46,603 bases of DNA from an uncultured Pelagibacteraceae bacterium (GTDB lineage: Bacteria > Pseudomonadota > Alphaproteobacteria > Pelagibacterales > Pelagibacteraceae): positions 1 through 46,603 of the forward strand of contig CACDMG010000001.1 of NCBI GenBank assembly GCA_902553845.1, in the 5' to 3' direction. Of this stretch, positions 1-8,661 are shown piece after piece (the first letter of the stretch is position 1; each line of letters starts with the position of its first letter). Below the pieces are notes generated by a model. The model was given only the letters and a program-made list of their open reading frames with translations, did not search any database and was not told the DNA's origin. The position numbers and the translations under genes were made by a program.

Positions 1-1
1 A

Positions 2-598
2 TGCATATCTCCTAATAGATTTTATATCCATGAGAGCAAAAAAGATGAGTTTGTGAATTTGTTTGTAGACAAAACAAAAAAATTAAAAATTGGTGATGGT
101 ATGGACCCAAATACTCAATTAGGACCATTAACAACTAAGAAAAGATTAAATGAAATTGAGGAGTTAGTTGAAAAAACTAAGCAAGAGGGTGCCAAGGTTT
201 TATTAGGAGGCAAAAGACCAGCAGGATTTAATAAAGGTTTTTTTTATGAGCCAACAGTTTTTGATAATGTAAAAGATGATTTTACTATAATGAATCAAGA
301 GCCATTTGGACCATTGGTACCAATGCTTTCATTTAAATCTTTTGATGAAGTGATTCAGAGAGCAAATAATCATGAATTAGGTTTATGCAGTTATGTATGT
401 ACTAATTCTATGGAAAAAGCACATTTAGCTTCTGAACAATTAGAAACAGGAACCGTAGGAGTAAATACAGGAATGATTGCAATTGCTGAAGCACCATTTG
501 GTGGAATCAAACAAAGTGGATATGGTAGAGAAGGTGGATCCAATGCTATCAAAGATTATTTAAATGTTAAATATACCCATATGGGCATCAAAGGATAA
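2..598 (+). CDS. NAD(P)-dependent aldehyde dehydrogenase, C-terminal part (succinate-semialdehyde / alpha-ketoglutaric-semialdehyde dehydrogenase-like); 5' end outside window
   Basis: Frame is open back to nt 2: C-ISPNRFYIHES (catalytic Cys), EPFGP, APFGGIKQSGYGREGG motifs. Confidence 0.9.
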   Translation, partial: CISPNRFYIHESKKDEFVNLFVDKTKKLKIGDGMDPNTQLGPLTTKKRLNEIEELVEKTKQEGAKVLLGGKRPAGFNKGFFYEPTVFDNVKDDFTIMNQEPFGPLVPMLSFKSFDEVIQRANNHELGLCSYVCTNSMEKAHLASEQLETGTVGVNTGMIAIAEAPFGGIKQSGYGREGGSNAIKDYLNVKYTHMGIKG

Positions 599-602
599 AA
601 GA

Positions 603-902
603 TTATTCTAAAATTTTAAAATCTGATTTGTATTTTTCATTTATAGAAATTCCAAGGCCAGGAGTATTATCATTTAAATCAATAAAACCATTTTCAGGTT
701 CTGGTTCTCCTTTAAATAAATAATAAAATAATTCATTTCCTATTTCAACTTGATGAACAGGAAAAAATTCTGAAAATGGACAGTTGTTACTCGCCATAGT
801 TAAATGATAGTTGTGCATTTGACCAGCATGTGGAATTACAGGTACGCCATATTTTTCTGCTAAAGAATTAATTTTGTGACCAGCAGTTATTCCTCCGACT
901 CT
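603..902 (-). pseudogene. C-terminal fragment of an enolase-superfamily acid-sugar dehydratase (L-rhamnonate dehydratase-like)
   Basis: Reading upstream of the listed ATG gives [33 protein letters not shown]...PGLG; in-frame TGA at 906-908; only ~100 aa of a normally ~390-aa enzyme. Confidence 0.8.
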
Positions 903-1164
903 AAGTCAATCGATACTTGATGTTTGGATCATGTTGTTTTTTGGAGTAATTGGTTTTTTCATGAGGAGATATGGGTTCTCTGTGGTACCTGTAATCATAG
1001 GTTTAATATTGGGTGAATTAGTTGAAGGAACATTAAGACAATCGTTAGTCATTTTTGATGGAAATTGGTTACAATTTTTAACAAGACCTATCGCAGTGAC
1101 ATTTTTTATTTTATCTTTTATTGCTTTAATTTTTCCTCTATTAAGAAAGAAAAAAATTAAATGA
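901..1164 (+). pseudogene. tctA: C-terminal fragment of tripartite tricarboxylate transporter large permease (TctA)
   Basis: [49 protein letters not shown]...FLTRPIA matches the TctA C-terminal signature; most of the ~500-aa protein is absent. Confidence 0.8.
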
Positions 1165-1910
1165 ATAAATATAATTTTAATGACAGAGTTGCTATAGTGA
1201 CTGGAGGAGCACAGGGTTTTGGTTTAGCAATAACTAAAAAGATAATTCAATCAGGTGGAAAAGTTGTTATTTGGGATATAGACAATGATGCTATTAAAAA
1301 AGCAAAAAAAGAAATTAACTCAGAAAATTTCAGTGTTCAATTAGTTGATGTAACTAATTTTAGAGCCATTGAGACAGCTGTAAAAGAACTTGAAAATAAA
1401 TTTGGCAAAATAGATATTTTTGTAAATAATGCTGGAATTACTGGAATGAATGCTAAAGTCTGGGAATATCCTCTTGATGAATGGAAAAAAGTAATTGAAT
1501 TAGATCTAAACTCTACTTTTTATTGCTGTAAAGCAATTGTTCCACATATGTTGAAAAATAATTATGGCAGAATAATCAATATCGCCTCAATTGCGGGCAA
1601 GGAGGGAAACCCAAATGCAAGTGCTTACAGTACTGCTAAGGCAGGAGTAATCGGTTTAACCAAATCATTGGGTAAGGAACTGGCAGATAAGAATATAGCT
1701 GTCAATTGCGTCACACCTGCAGCAGCAAAAACAAGAATTTTTGACCAGATGACAGATGAACATATTAATTATATGTTATCAAAGATACCAAGAAATCGTT
1801 TTGCAAAAATAGATGAGCTTGCTTCTTTAGTTTGCTGGTTAGCAAGTGAGGAAAATTCATTTAGCACAGCTGCAGTATTTGATTTAAGTGGTGGAAGAGC
1901 AACATATTAA
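1161..1910 (+). CDS. Short-chain dehydrogenase/reductase (2-keto-3-deoxy-L-rhamnonate 4-dehydrogenase-like)
   Basis: TGGAQGFG, NNAG, YSTAK motifs; C-terminus FDLSGGRATY; neighbours are a dehydratase and an FAH hydrolase. Confidence 0.85.
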   Translation: MNKYNFNDRVAIVTGGAQGFGLAITKKIIQSGGKVVIWDIDNDAIKKAKKEINSENFSVQLVDVTNFRAIETAVKELENKFGKIDIFVNNAGITGMNAKVWEYPLDEWKKVIELDLNSTFYCCKAIVPHMLKNNYGRIINIASIAGKEGNPNASAYSTAKAGVIGLTKSLGKELADKNIAVNCVTPAAAKTRIFDQMTDEHINYMLSKIPRNRFAKIDELASLVCWLASEENSFSTAAVFDLSGGRATY

Positions 1911-1922
1911 AAGGAGAAAAAA

Positions 1923-2771
1923 ATGAAACTATGTAGAATAGGTGATGTTGGCAACGAAAAACCAGCATTAATTGATAACGAAAACAATTATAGAGATTTG
2001 TCATCTGTTGTAGATGATTTTGATCCAGGTACATTAAATTTTGATACAATAGAAAAAATTAAGAATATTAAAATTACAAGTCTACCAACATTAGATTCTA
2101 ATTCTAGGATTGGCGCATGTGTTTCAAAACCAGCTAAGTTTATTGGTATAGGATTGAACTTCAAAGACCATGCTGAGGAACAAAATTTACCAATACCAAA
2201 AGAACCGATAATTTTCTCAAAATTTACCAGTTGTATCACTGGCCCTAATGATCCAATTATTGTTCCTAAAGGATCTACCCATACTGACTGGGAAGTGGAG
2301 CTAGGTTTTGTTATTGGAAAGAAAGCAATTAATGTAAGTATTGAAAATGCACTAGATCATGTTCTTGGCTTTTTTCTTGTGAATGACGTTAGTGAAAGGA
2401 ACTTTCAAAAAAACAAAGGCTTAACTTGGGATAAAGGAAAAGGATTTGATACTTTTGGTCCAATTGGCCCTTACATTGTTACAAAGGATGAAATACCAGA
2501 TTTTCAAAAACTTAATATGTTTTTGGAAGTTGATGGCAAAAGAATGCAAACAGGAAATACTGAACAAATGATCTTTGATATTAAAACTTTAGTTTCTTAT
2601 ATGAGTTCTTGTATGAGTTTACATCCAGGTGATATTTGTTGCACAGGAACACCTCCAGGAGTAGGAGAAAATATGTCTCCACCACATTTTTTAAAAGGAG
2701 GTGAGGAAGTAGTTTTAGGTGTTGATAAATTAGGCACACAAAAACATAAAGTTCATCCTTATAAAAAATAA
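1923..2771 (+). CDS. Fumarylacetoacetate hydrolase family protein (2,4-diketo-3-deoxy sugar-acid hydrolase-like)
   Basis: IGLNFKDH, DWEVELG, NDVSER, WDKGK, TGTPPGVG; SD AGGAG upstream. Confidence 0.9.
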   Translation: MKLCRIGDVGNEKPALIDNENNYRDLSSVVDDFDPGTLNFDTIEKIKNIKITSLPTLDSNSRIGACVSKPAKFIGIGLNFKDHAEEQNLPIPKEPIIFSKFTSCITGPNDPIIVPKGSTHTDWEVELGFVIGKKAINVSIENALDHVLGFFLVNDVSERNFQKNKGLTWDKGKGFDTFGPIGPYIVTKDEIPDFQKLNMFLEVDGKRMQTGNTEQMIFDIKTLVSYMSSCMSLHPGDICCTGTPPGVGENMSPPHFLKGGEEVVLGVDKLGTQKHKVHPYKK

Positions 2772-2789
2772 AGTGCGTATATAGTTTCA

Positions 2790-3497
2790 ATGTTTGAATT
2801 AACAATTGCTTTCGGTGCAGGATTGATAAGTTTTTTATCTCCATGTGTTTTACCTCTTATTCCTGGATATATTTCTTATATTTCTGGAAGCTCTTTAAAA
2901 GAATTAGTAGATAAAAAGAATATTAATTTAATTCCAATTATTTTATTTACCGTAGGTTTTTCAATAATTTTTATAGTTTTCGGCGCAGCATCAACTTTTT
3001 TAGGTCAAGTTCTTTTAAAAAATTCATACGAACTAAGAATTTTAGCTGGTTTGGTGATTATCATTCTTTCTCTTCATATTATTGGTGTAATTAATCTTAA
3101 ATTTTTAAATCATGAAAAAAGAGTTCAATCTAATATTGGCACTGGTTTTTTTAGTCCAATTTTGATTGGTATGGCTTTTGCGTTTGGGTGGACACCTTGT
3201 ATTGGTCCCATTCTAGGATCAATCTTAGTTCTTGCCTCAACCGAGGAAAGTTTAAGCAAAGGTATTCTGCTTTTATCTTCCTATTCGATTGGTTTAGCTA
3301 TACCATTTATCTTGTCTGGTTATTTAATGCAGAAATTTTTAATTTTTTCTAAAAATTTTAAAAAAAACATCAATAAAGTATCGAAAATTGGTGGGGGTAT
3401 TTTATTAATTACTGGGGTATTAATAATAACAAATCAATTACAAGCTTTAGGTTTTTACTTACTTAATGTATTTCCATTTTTACAAAATTTTGGATAA
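2790..3497 (+). CDS. ccdA: Cytochrome c biogenesis protein CcdA
   Basis: SFLSPCVLPLIP and FGWTPCIGPIL redox-Cys motifs; multi-TM. Confidence 0.93.
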   Translation: MFELTIAFGAGLISFLSPCVLPLIPGYISYISGSSLKELVDKKNINLIPIILFTVGFSIIFIVFGAASTFLGQVLLKNSYELRILAGLVIIILSLHIIGVINLKFLNHEKRVQSNIGTGFFSPILIGMAFAFGWTPCIGPILGSILVLASTEESLSKGILLLSSYSIGLAIPFILSGYLMQKFLIFSKNFKKNINKVSKIGGGILLITGVLIITNQLQALGFYLLNVFPFLQNFG

Positions 3498-3504
3498 TTA
3501 ATTT

Positions 3505-4086
3505 ATGAAAATTTATCAAATTGACTCGAGTGCTAGAAAAGAGGGTTCAACTTCAAGATCTTTAGCAAAAAAATTATTGGAAAAAATTAAAAAGCCTGAT
3601 GATGAGGTTATTTATAGAGATCTAAATGATGAAATGGTTTTTGTTTCAGGATTAACAGAGTCAGGAATGAATATTGATGAAAAAGATCAAAATGAAAACC
3701 ATAAAAAAATGTTTAAACTTTCAGATCAATTAGTAAAAGAACTTAAAGAAAGTGATGTGATTATTATTTCAGCGCCGATTTATAATTACGGTCCACCAGC
3801 TACTTTAAAAGCATGGTCTGATTTAGCTGCAAGAATTGGAGAAACTTTTAGATTTAAACCTAATGGCAGAAGAGAAGGATTATTGAAAAATAAAAGAGCT
3901 TATCTTGTTATCACATCTGGTGGAACAAAACTTAATAGCAATGAAGATTTTTTAACCCCTTGGTTAAAATTTATATTGAACTTTTTTGGAATTAATAAAA
4001 TTGACATCATTTGTGCTGACCAGATGGCGTTAGATTACGAAAAATCGATCAAGGACGCTGAAAAACAAATTAATAATCTTTCTTAA
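3505..4086 (+). CDS. azoR: FMN-dependent NADH:quinone oxidoreductase / azoreductase
   Basis: IDSSAR, PIYNY..P..LKAW.D, TSGG flavodoxin-like motifs. Confidence 0.88.
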   Translation: MKIYQIDSSARKEGSTSRSLAKKLLEKIKKPDDEVIYRDLNDEMVFVSGLTESGMNIDEKDQNENHKKMFKLSDQLVKELKESDVIIISAPIYNYGPPATLKAWSDLAARIGETFRFKPNGRREGLLKNKRAYLVITSGGTKLNSNEDFLTPWLKFILNFFGINKIDIICADQMALDYEKSIKDAEKQINNLS

Positions 4087-5183
4087 AAGTTAAATTTTCT
4101 CTTTAAATGTTTAAGTTTACCTTCTGTGCTGTCATAGTCTATATAACATCCTTGTAAAAAACGATTACCTTCATTTGCATCGTAAGCTGTTCTACCATGA
4201 AGCAATCTATGATTATCCATCATTAACAGATCACCCGGTTGAAGCTTAAATTCAATTCTATAATCATCAGAATTGTAAAGTTCAGATATTTTTTTTCTTG
4301 CTGAGTAGTATAATTCTAATTTTTCTTTATCCATTAGAGGCACAAAATCTAATCTTGGACTAAATCGTACTTGCTTAAATTCCCCAAATTCATCTAGTTG
4401 TATCATCTCTGCCCAATTTTCTAACACCACACTTTGATCTATGAATTGAAACCTTACTTTGATTTCAGTTAAAATTTTATAATATTTAGGAAAATCCTTT
4501 TTTAGTTGTTCTGTTACTGTGAAGCCATCAACTAAAGTAGACAATCCTCCACTTACTTCATTTTCGATACAATGCAAAATTTGAATACATGGAACAGGAT
4601 TTCGATAAGGATTGTCTGTATGAGGAGCTAATGGAAGTGAAGTATATGCTAAATCATTTGGATTTGGTTTAGATTTAACATTGAAAAATTCTCCAAAGTT
4701 GGTTCGTCTAATACTACCTATCGAATTTGCAAAATTTACAATAAAATTGTCTTTAGTAGGAACTTTTTTAAATATTACAAAACCATATTGGTAAAAACTT
4801 ATCAAAGCTTTATACATTTCTTCCTCTTCAAAAAAATTATCTTTAAATTCAAAATTATTAAAATCTTTTAAAAAAGAGTCCCATTTTATTTTGCTTATAT
4901 ATTTTACGTCATTAATATTTGAAAATTCTTTGAGAATATTTTGGATTGCTAATTTTGTGTGCACTCCATCATTAAAAGTAATTTCCAAACAGTCATTTGA
5001 TATATTTAATGAATCAATCCTTATATTTTCTTTAAGTTCTGTTGGATCAAATAACCTTTGTTGAGTATTTTTATCTACAAAAGTGTCTCCATTTACTCTT
5101 TCTCTTAACCAAAAAGGATGTATTTCTTTTTTTTTACCCTGATTTTCAAAAAATACCTTGTTATTTTCTAATTCAATTTTCAT
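4083..5183 (-). CDS. Fe(II)/2-oxoglutarate dioxygenase, gamma-butyrobetaine/trimethyllysine hydroxylase-like (TauD/TfdA family)
   Basis: N-terminal WLR...QRLFD domain, HTDNPY, DNHRLLHGR, RFLQGCY. Confidence 0.88.
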   Translation of the reverse strand: MKIELENNKVFFENQGKKKEIHPFWLRERVNGDTFVDKNTQQRLFDPTELKENIRIDSLNISNDCLEITFNDGVHTKLAIQNILKEFSNINDVKYISKIKWDSFLKDFNNFEFKDNFFEEEEMYKALISFYQYGFVIFKKVPTKDNFIVNFANSIGSIRRTNFGEFFNVKSKPNPNDLAYTSLPLAPHTDNPYRNPVPCIQILHCIENEVSGGLSTLVDGFTVTEQLKKDFPKYYKILTEIKVRFQFIDQSVVLENWAEMIQLDEFGEFKQVRFSPRLDFVPLMDKEKLELYYSARKKISELYNSDDYRIEFKLQPGDLLMMDNHRLLHGRTAYDANEGNRFLQGCYIDYDSTEGKLKHLKRKFNF

Positions 5184-5254
5184 TTATTATTTAAATCATT
5201 ATTTAAAATTAAGCTTTAATCAATAGGAATAAAATAGTATTAGTCCTTCTGCCA

Positions 5255-6055
5255 ATGTTAAAATCTACAGATTATAAAGCTTATTCTAATTTTATTGAGA
5301 GTTTAGCTAAAAAATTAACTAAATTTTATTACTCTAAATTAAATAAATCATTCAAAGTATCTAATAAACTTAAAGGAAGAGGTTATGATCCAGTTACGAG
5401 CGCTGACAAAGCATTTGAAAAGTTTATCAGAAAAGAAATCAATAAAAAATTTCCTAATCACCAAGTTATTGGAGAGGAATTTGGTTATAAAAAATCAAAA
5501 AGCAAATACTCCTGGGTTATTGATCCTATCGATGGAACACGATCATTTGTTATAGGCAACCCGACATGGAGTAATTTAATTTCTTTAAATTATAATGGAT
5601 ATCCAGTAATAGGTCTTGCAAATTTTCCAATACTTAAAAAATATTATTTTAATACTTCTTTAAATTCATCGTATGTATCAGAAAATGGAAAAAAAAGAAA
5701 AATAAAAGTAAATAGCAAAGCAACGTTTTCAGACATGAAATTGTCAGCAGCTTTTCATGGATCTTTATCTTTAAACCAACAAAAAAAAATCCCACAAATA
5801 TTAAAACGAATGCAATTTCCTTGTTCAGATGCATTAAGCTATTCTCATTTTGCAGAAGGCAAACTTGATATTGTTATTCAATGTGGAAATAAAATTTGGG
5901 ATATTCATGCTTTGATACCAATAATTAGAGCTGCGGGTGGTATAGTTGCAACTTGGAAAAATGATGATGCTAGAAAAGCCGGAAATATTATTTGTTCAGC
6001 AAATAAAAGTCTTCACAATAAAATACTCAAAATTTTAAAACCTGTATCTAACTAG
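5255..6055 (+). CDS. hisN: Inositol monophosphatase family, histidinol-phosphatase-like
   Basis: DPVT.AD, GEE, WVIDPIDGT.SF, WD..AL.PII..AGG. Confidence 0.8.
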   Translation: MLKSTDYKAYSNFIESLAKKLTKFYYSKLNKSFKVSNKLKGRGYDPVTSADKAFEKFIRKEINKKFPNHQVIGEEFGYKKSKSKYSWVIDPIDGTRSFVIGNPTWSNLISLNYNGYPVIGLANFPILKKYYFNTSLNSSYVSENGKKRKIKVNSKATFSDMKLSAAFHGSLSLNQQKKIPQILKRMQFPCSDALSYSHFAEGKLDIVIQCGNKIWDIHALIPIIRAAGGIVATWKNDDARKAGNIICSANKSLHNKILKILKPVSN

Positions 6056-6383
6056 TTTTACCAAGAAGGTTAACTATTAATACGCCTGAGATAATCAAAA
6101 TTAAACCAATGATAGTATAAAGATCAGGCATTTGATTAAACTTGTATATACCAACAATAGTCGTAGCAATTATACAAAGGCCTGCAAAAGAGGCGTAAGT
6201 GATACCTACAGGAATAGTTTTCATAACAATAGATAATGTAAACATGCAACCAACTATTGTTATTGCAGTTAATATGCTTGGAATTAACAATGTAAAACCA
6301 TTTGCTCCTTTAGCAAAACCATTTGATGCAGTACCCAAAATAACTGCAAGTAAAAGAACTATGTATGCAATTATATTACTCAC
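6048..6383 (-). CDS. Small multidrug resistance (SMR/DMT) family transporter
   Basis: 111 aa, four hydrophobic helices, IPVGITYA motif; the TM1 Glu of EmrE is not evident. GTG start. Confidence 0.8.
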   Translation of the reverse strand: MSNIIAYIVLLLAVILGTASNGFAKGANGFTLLIPSILTAITIVGCMFTLSIVMKTIPVGITYASFAGLCIIATTIVGIYKFNQMPDLYTIIGLILIISGVLIVNLLGKTS

Positions 6384-6398
6384 TTTTAAAGATTATTC

Positions 6399-6620
6399 TT
6401 ATTTGGTAATTTTATCTACAAATTTTTGCATTATTGGAGCTACAATTGTTGTAGCAATCAATGCTACCGGTAGGCTTACAGACCAAGCTTTAAAAAATCT
6501 TTTGTAATAAAATTCATCATAACCTGTATTTATATAGGTAATTATAAGTGTCATTAGTAAACTCATGCCAAGACCCATAAAGAATATAAATAACAAATTT
6601 GAATATTTTTTTGGAAACAT
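6399..6620 (-). CDS. DUF2798-like small membrane protein
   Basis: M...MS..MT.I.T..N.G, AW..S.PVA, P...K.V pattern; two TM. Confidence 0.75.
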   Translation of the reverse strand: MFPKKYSNLLFIFFMGLGMSLLMTLIITYINTGYDEFYYKRFFKAWSVSLPVALIATTIVAPIMQKFVDKITK

Positions 6621-6636
6621 TCAAAAAGCTTACACT

Positions 6637-6957
6637 TTATTTTGGTAATTTGGTAGCACCTGTTTCTTGGTGAACAACCTTGCCATCTTTAAATTTATAA
6701 TAAGACATAACAGCTTCTTTATTGCCATCGTTAAAAGTTACCATTGCATGTTCAAAGCCAACCTCATTATTTTCAAAAAGCACTCTTACGTTATCTTTTT
6801 TAACGTCCTTTTTACTAATCCACTCAACTACATCTTTTTTACTCAATGTATTGCCTGATGAATGCATTAAAAACTTAAAATCATCGTGTATTACTTGTTC
6901 AGCGCCAACGGTATCACCCTCGTTAACTATTTTGGTCATTTTTTCTATTATCGACAT
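6637..6957 (-). CDS. NTF2/SnoaL-like small protein
   Basis: IHDDF near N-terminus and FKDGKVV near C-terminus typical of NTF2-like fold; SD AGGAG. Confidence 0.7.
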   Translation of the reverse strand: MSIIEKMTKIVNEGDTVGAEQVIHDDFKFLMHSSGNTLSKKDVVEWISKKDVKKDNVRVLFENNEVGFEHAMVTFNDGNKEAVMSYYKFKDGKVVHQETGATKLPK

Positions 6958-6968
6958 ACTTTCTCCTA

Positions 6969-7385
6969 TTAAATATAGATTTTATCTGCAAGACCGTAAC
7001 ATAATACAGCACTTAAAAGAGTTAAAACTAAAGGAGCATAAATTGCTTCATCCGAAGTTTTATCTGTATGTCCAAGTTTATTTATTTTTGTATTATAAAA
7101 ACCAACTATAAAAGCAGATAAGTTTTGTAAGAAAATTAGATTAAAGAAACCCCATGTCGCCTCTAAACCATTAGGTCTAATGAACCCAACATATATAGCC
7201 ATAGCTACTGAACCAAAAAATATTGACCCAAAAAATCTAACCATTCCGGCACCAGTATCATCAATGCCATATTGATCTAAAAAGGATTTAGTTTGGAAAA
7301 CACATCTAAATCCATAATAAGCAAAACCTATAAAATGAATTATAAAAACTGCTAAATAAAATATTCCATTAAATTTTTCTATCAT
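6969..7385 (-). CDS. Hypothetical 4-TM membrane protein
   Basis: Four hydrophobic segments; tightly packed in operon. Confidence 0.75.
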   Translation of the reverse strand: MIEKFNGIFYLAVFIIHFIGFAYYGFRCVFQTKSFLDQYGIDDTGAGMVRFFGSIFFGSVAMAIYVGFIRPNGLEATWGFFNLIFLQNLSAFIVGFYNTKINKLGHTDKTSDEAIYAPLVLTLLSAVLCYGLADKIYI

Positions 7386-7396
7386 ATTTAAATTCC

Positions 7397-7705
7397 TTAA
7401 CTAAATATTGGTCTTATTTCATCTTCAATAGTACCTTCTATTGCAACTTCTTTCAATTGCTCTTGAAGTTTTATATACTCAGGATCTGCAGACATGTTAG
7501 CATCAGCATCATTATCACCTTCAAACATAGGTCCTATTAAAGTTTCTCTTATTGTTCTTGGGTCTCCACCCATTTGAAAAGAAAAATAAACATCATGGTT
7601 GGGGTAATGTTTTTTTCTAACTGCTGCTAAGCCTTTTCCAATTTCCATCGCTTTTCCTAGGCCATCATCTTTTACTCTCATTGTTCTTGTATAAATTACT
7701 TTCAC
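7397..7705 (-). CDS. Hypothetical protein, probable dimeric alpha+beta barrel (NIPSNAP-like)
   Basis: Beta-alpha-beta-beta-alpha-beta pattern, GGDP turn, ADPEY helix; SD AAGGA, GTG start. Confidence 0.65.
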   Translation of the reverse strand: MKVIYTRTMRVKDDGLGKAMEIGKGLAAVRKKHYPNHDVYFSFQMGGDPRTIRETLIGPMFEGDNDADANMSADPEYIKLQEQLKEVAIEGTIEDEIRPIFS

Positions 7706-7720
7706 TTCTAATCCTTTTTT

Positions 7721-8011
7721 TTATTTAGCATTAAAATCTATGACGTCATCTGTACACTCTACAAACTTATGAGGTTCATAGAAATCGTTCATCGACTCTA
7801 ATTGCTTATTAATCGCATCAGGGCTAGTACCTTTCCACCAACAATACATTGTTAAATTGTCACCTGGCGTATTCCAGCTCATTTGACATTTTGCATTTTC
7901 ACTTGTCATTGCTTTAGTCATATCTTCCATTGACATTGAGCCAGTAACTTCAATCATTTTAGCTTTAGCTTCTTTTGATTTAAAAGTATGTGTTACTATA
8001 TAGTTTTTCAT
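7721..8011 (-). CDS. Hypothetical Met-rich protein, probable ferredoxin-like fold (DUF4242-like)
   Basis: YIVTHTF and MYCWWKGTSPDAI resemble the (F/Y)C.W.A.S..AV motif; SD AAGGA. Confidence 0.65.
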   Translation of the reverse strand: MKNYIVTHTFKSKEAKAKMIEVTGSMSMEDMTKAMTSENAKCQMSWNTPGDNLTMYCWWKGTSPDAINKQLESMNDFYEPHKFVECTDDVIDFNAK

Positions 8012-8021
8012 ATTTTTTCCT

Positions 8022-8312
8022 TTAAAGGTTCACTTTTGATAGTTCATACAACTGAGCACTTTCTACACACTCTGCATAGATAGCTTTTGCGGTAGGATTA
8101 TTACCGGTTACAAATTCTTTCATTCCAGCTTCATTATGAACATTAACTTTAAATAACATCCCACTTTTATCTGGTATCATTGCTCCAACTGTTTTTTCAG
8201 GATAGGCAACACTTTTTCTAACGCCCATGCCTTCATCTGATTGCATCCAACCCATGAAAGTTTCTAATTTACCCTCTTTAAGTTTAAGGTGTACTAACAT
8301 TTCTTTTTCCAT
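8022..8312 (-). CDS. Hypothetical Met-rich protein, probable alpha+beta barrel (DUF3764-like)
   Basis: 96 aa, ferredoxin-like pattern; SD AAGGAG. Confidence 0.65.
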   Translation of the reverse strand: MEKEMLVHLKLKEGKLETFMGWMQSDEGMGVRKSVAYPEKTVGAMIPDKSGMLFKVNVHNEAGMKEFVTGNNPTAKAIYAECVESAQLYELSKVNL

Positions 8313-8335
8313 TTTTTCTCCTTTACTTAATTAAT

Positions 8336-8641
8336 TTAATATGTGTTTGACTCTTCACAGATAACAATTGTACTTTTTGGATCTGTTGCCGCTCTTCTGT
8401 GAACAACAATTTTTTGATGTTCTTCAGAATTATACCAGCCTAAAGCCTTTTCTTTATTCGGGAACTCCATCACAACTGTAAGAGTTGGCTCATCTCCCTC
8501 TAAGACCAATTTATTTGGAGTTCTTACAAGAAACTTTCCATCAAAAGGTTTTAGTGTGTCTGCAACTTTACTAGCATATTCTTTCCCAAACATATCTGCG
8601 TTCGTGACCTTAGGAACTGCTACTAGGTAAGCTTTTGTCAT
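8336..8641 (-). CDS. DUF1330 family protein
   Basis: GKFLVR, LEG, VVMEFP..E.A..WYNS.E.Q signature; SD GAGGAG. Confidence 0.85.
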   Translation of the reverse strand: MTKAYLVAVPKVTNADMFGKEYASKVADTLKPFDGKFLVRTPNKLVLEGDEPTLTVVMEFPNKEKALGWYNSEEHQKIVVHRRAATDPKSTIVICEESNTY

Positions 8642-8661
8642 TTTATCTCCTCTCTTAATTT

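Noticed and set aside
6399-6651. Near-identical TTATTT(T)GGTAATTT at the 3' ends of two adjacent array genes as a cassette recombination site
   Set aside because: Only two copies, AT-rich, different reading phase, not seen at other junctions.
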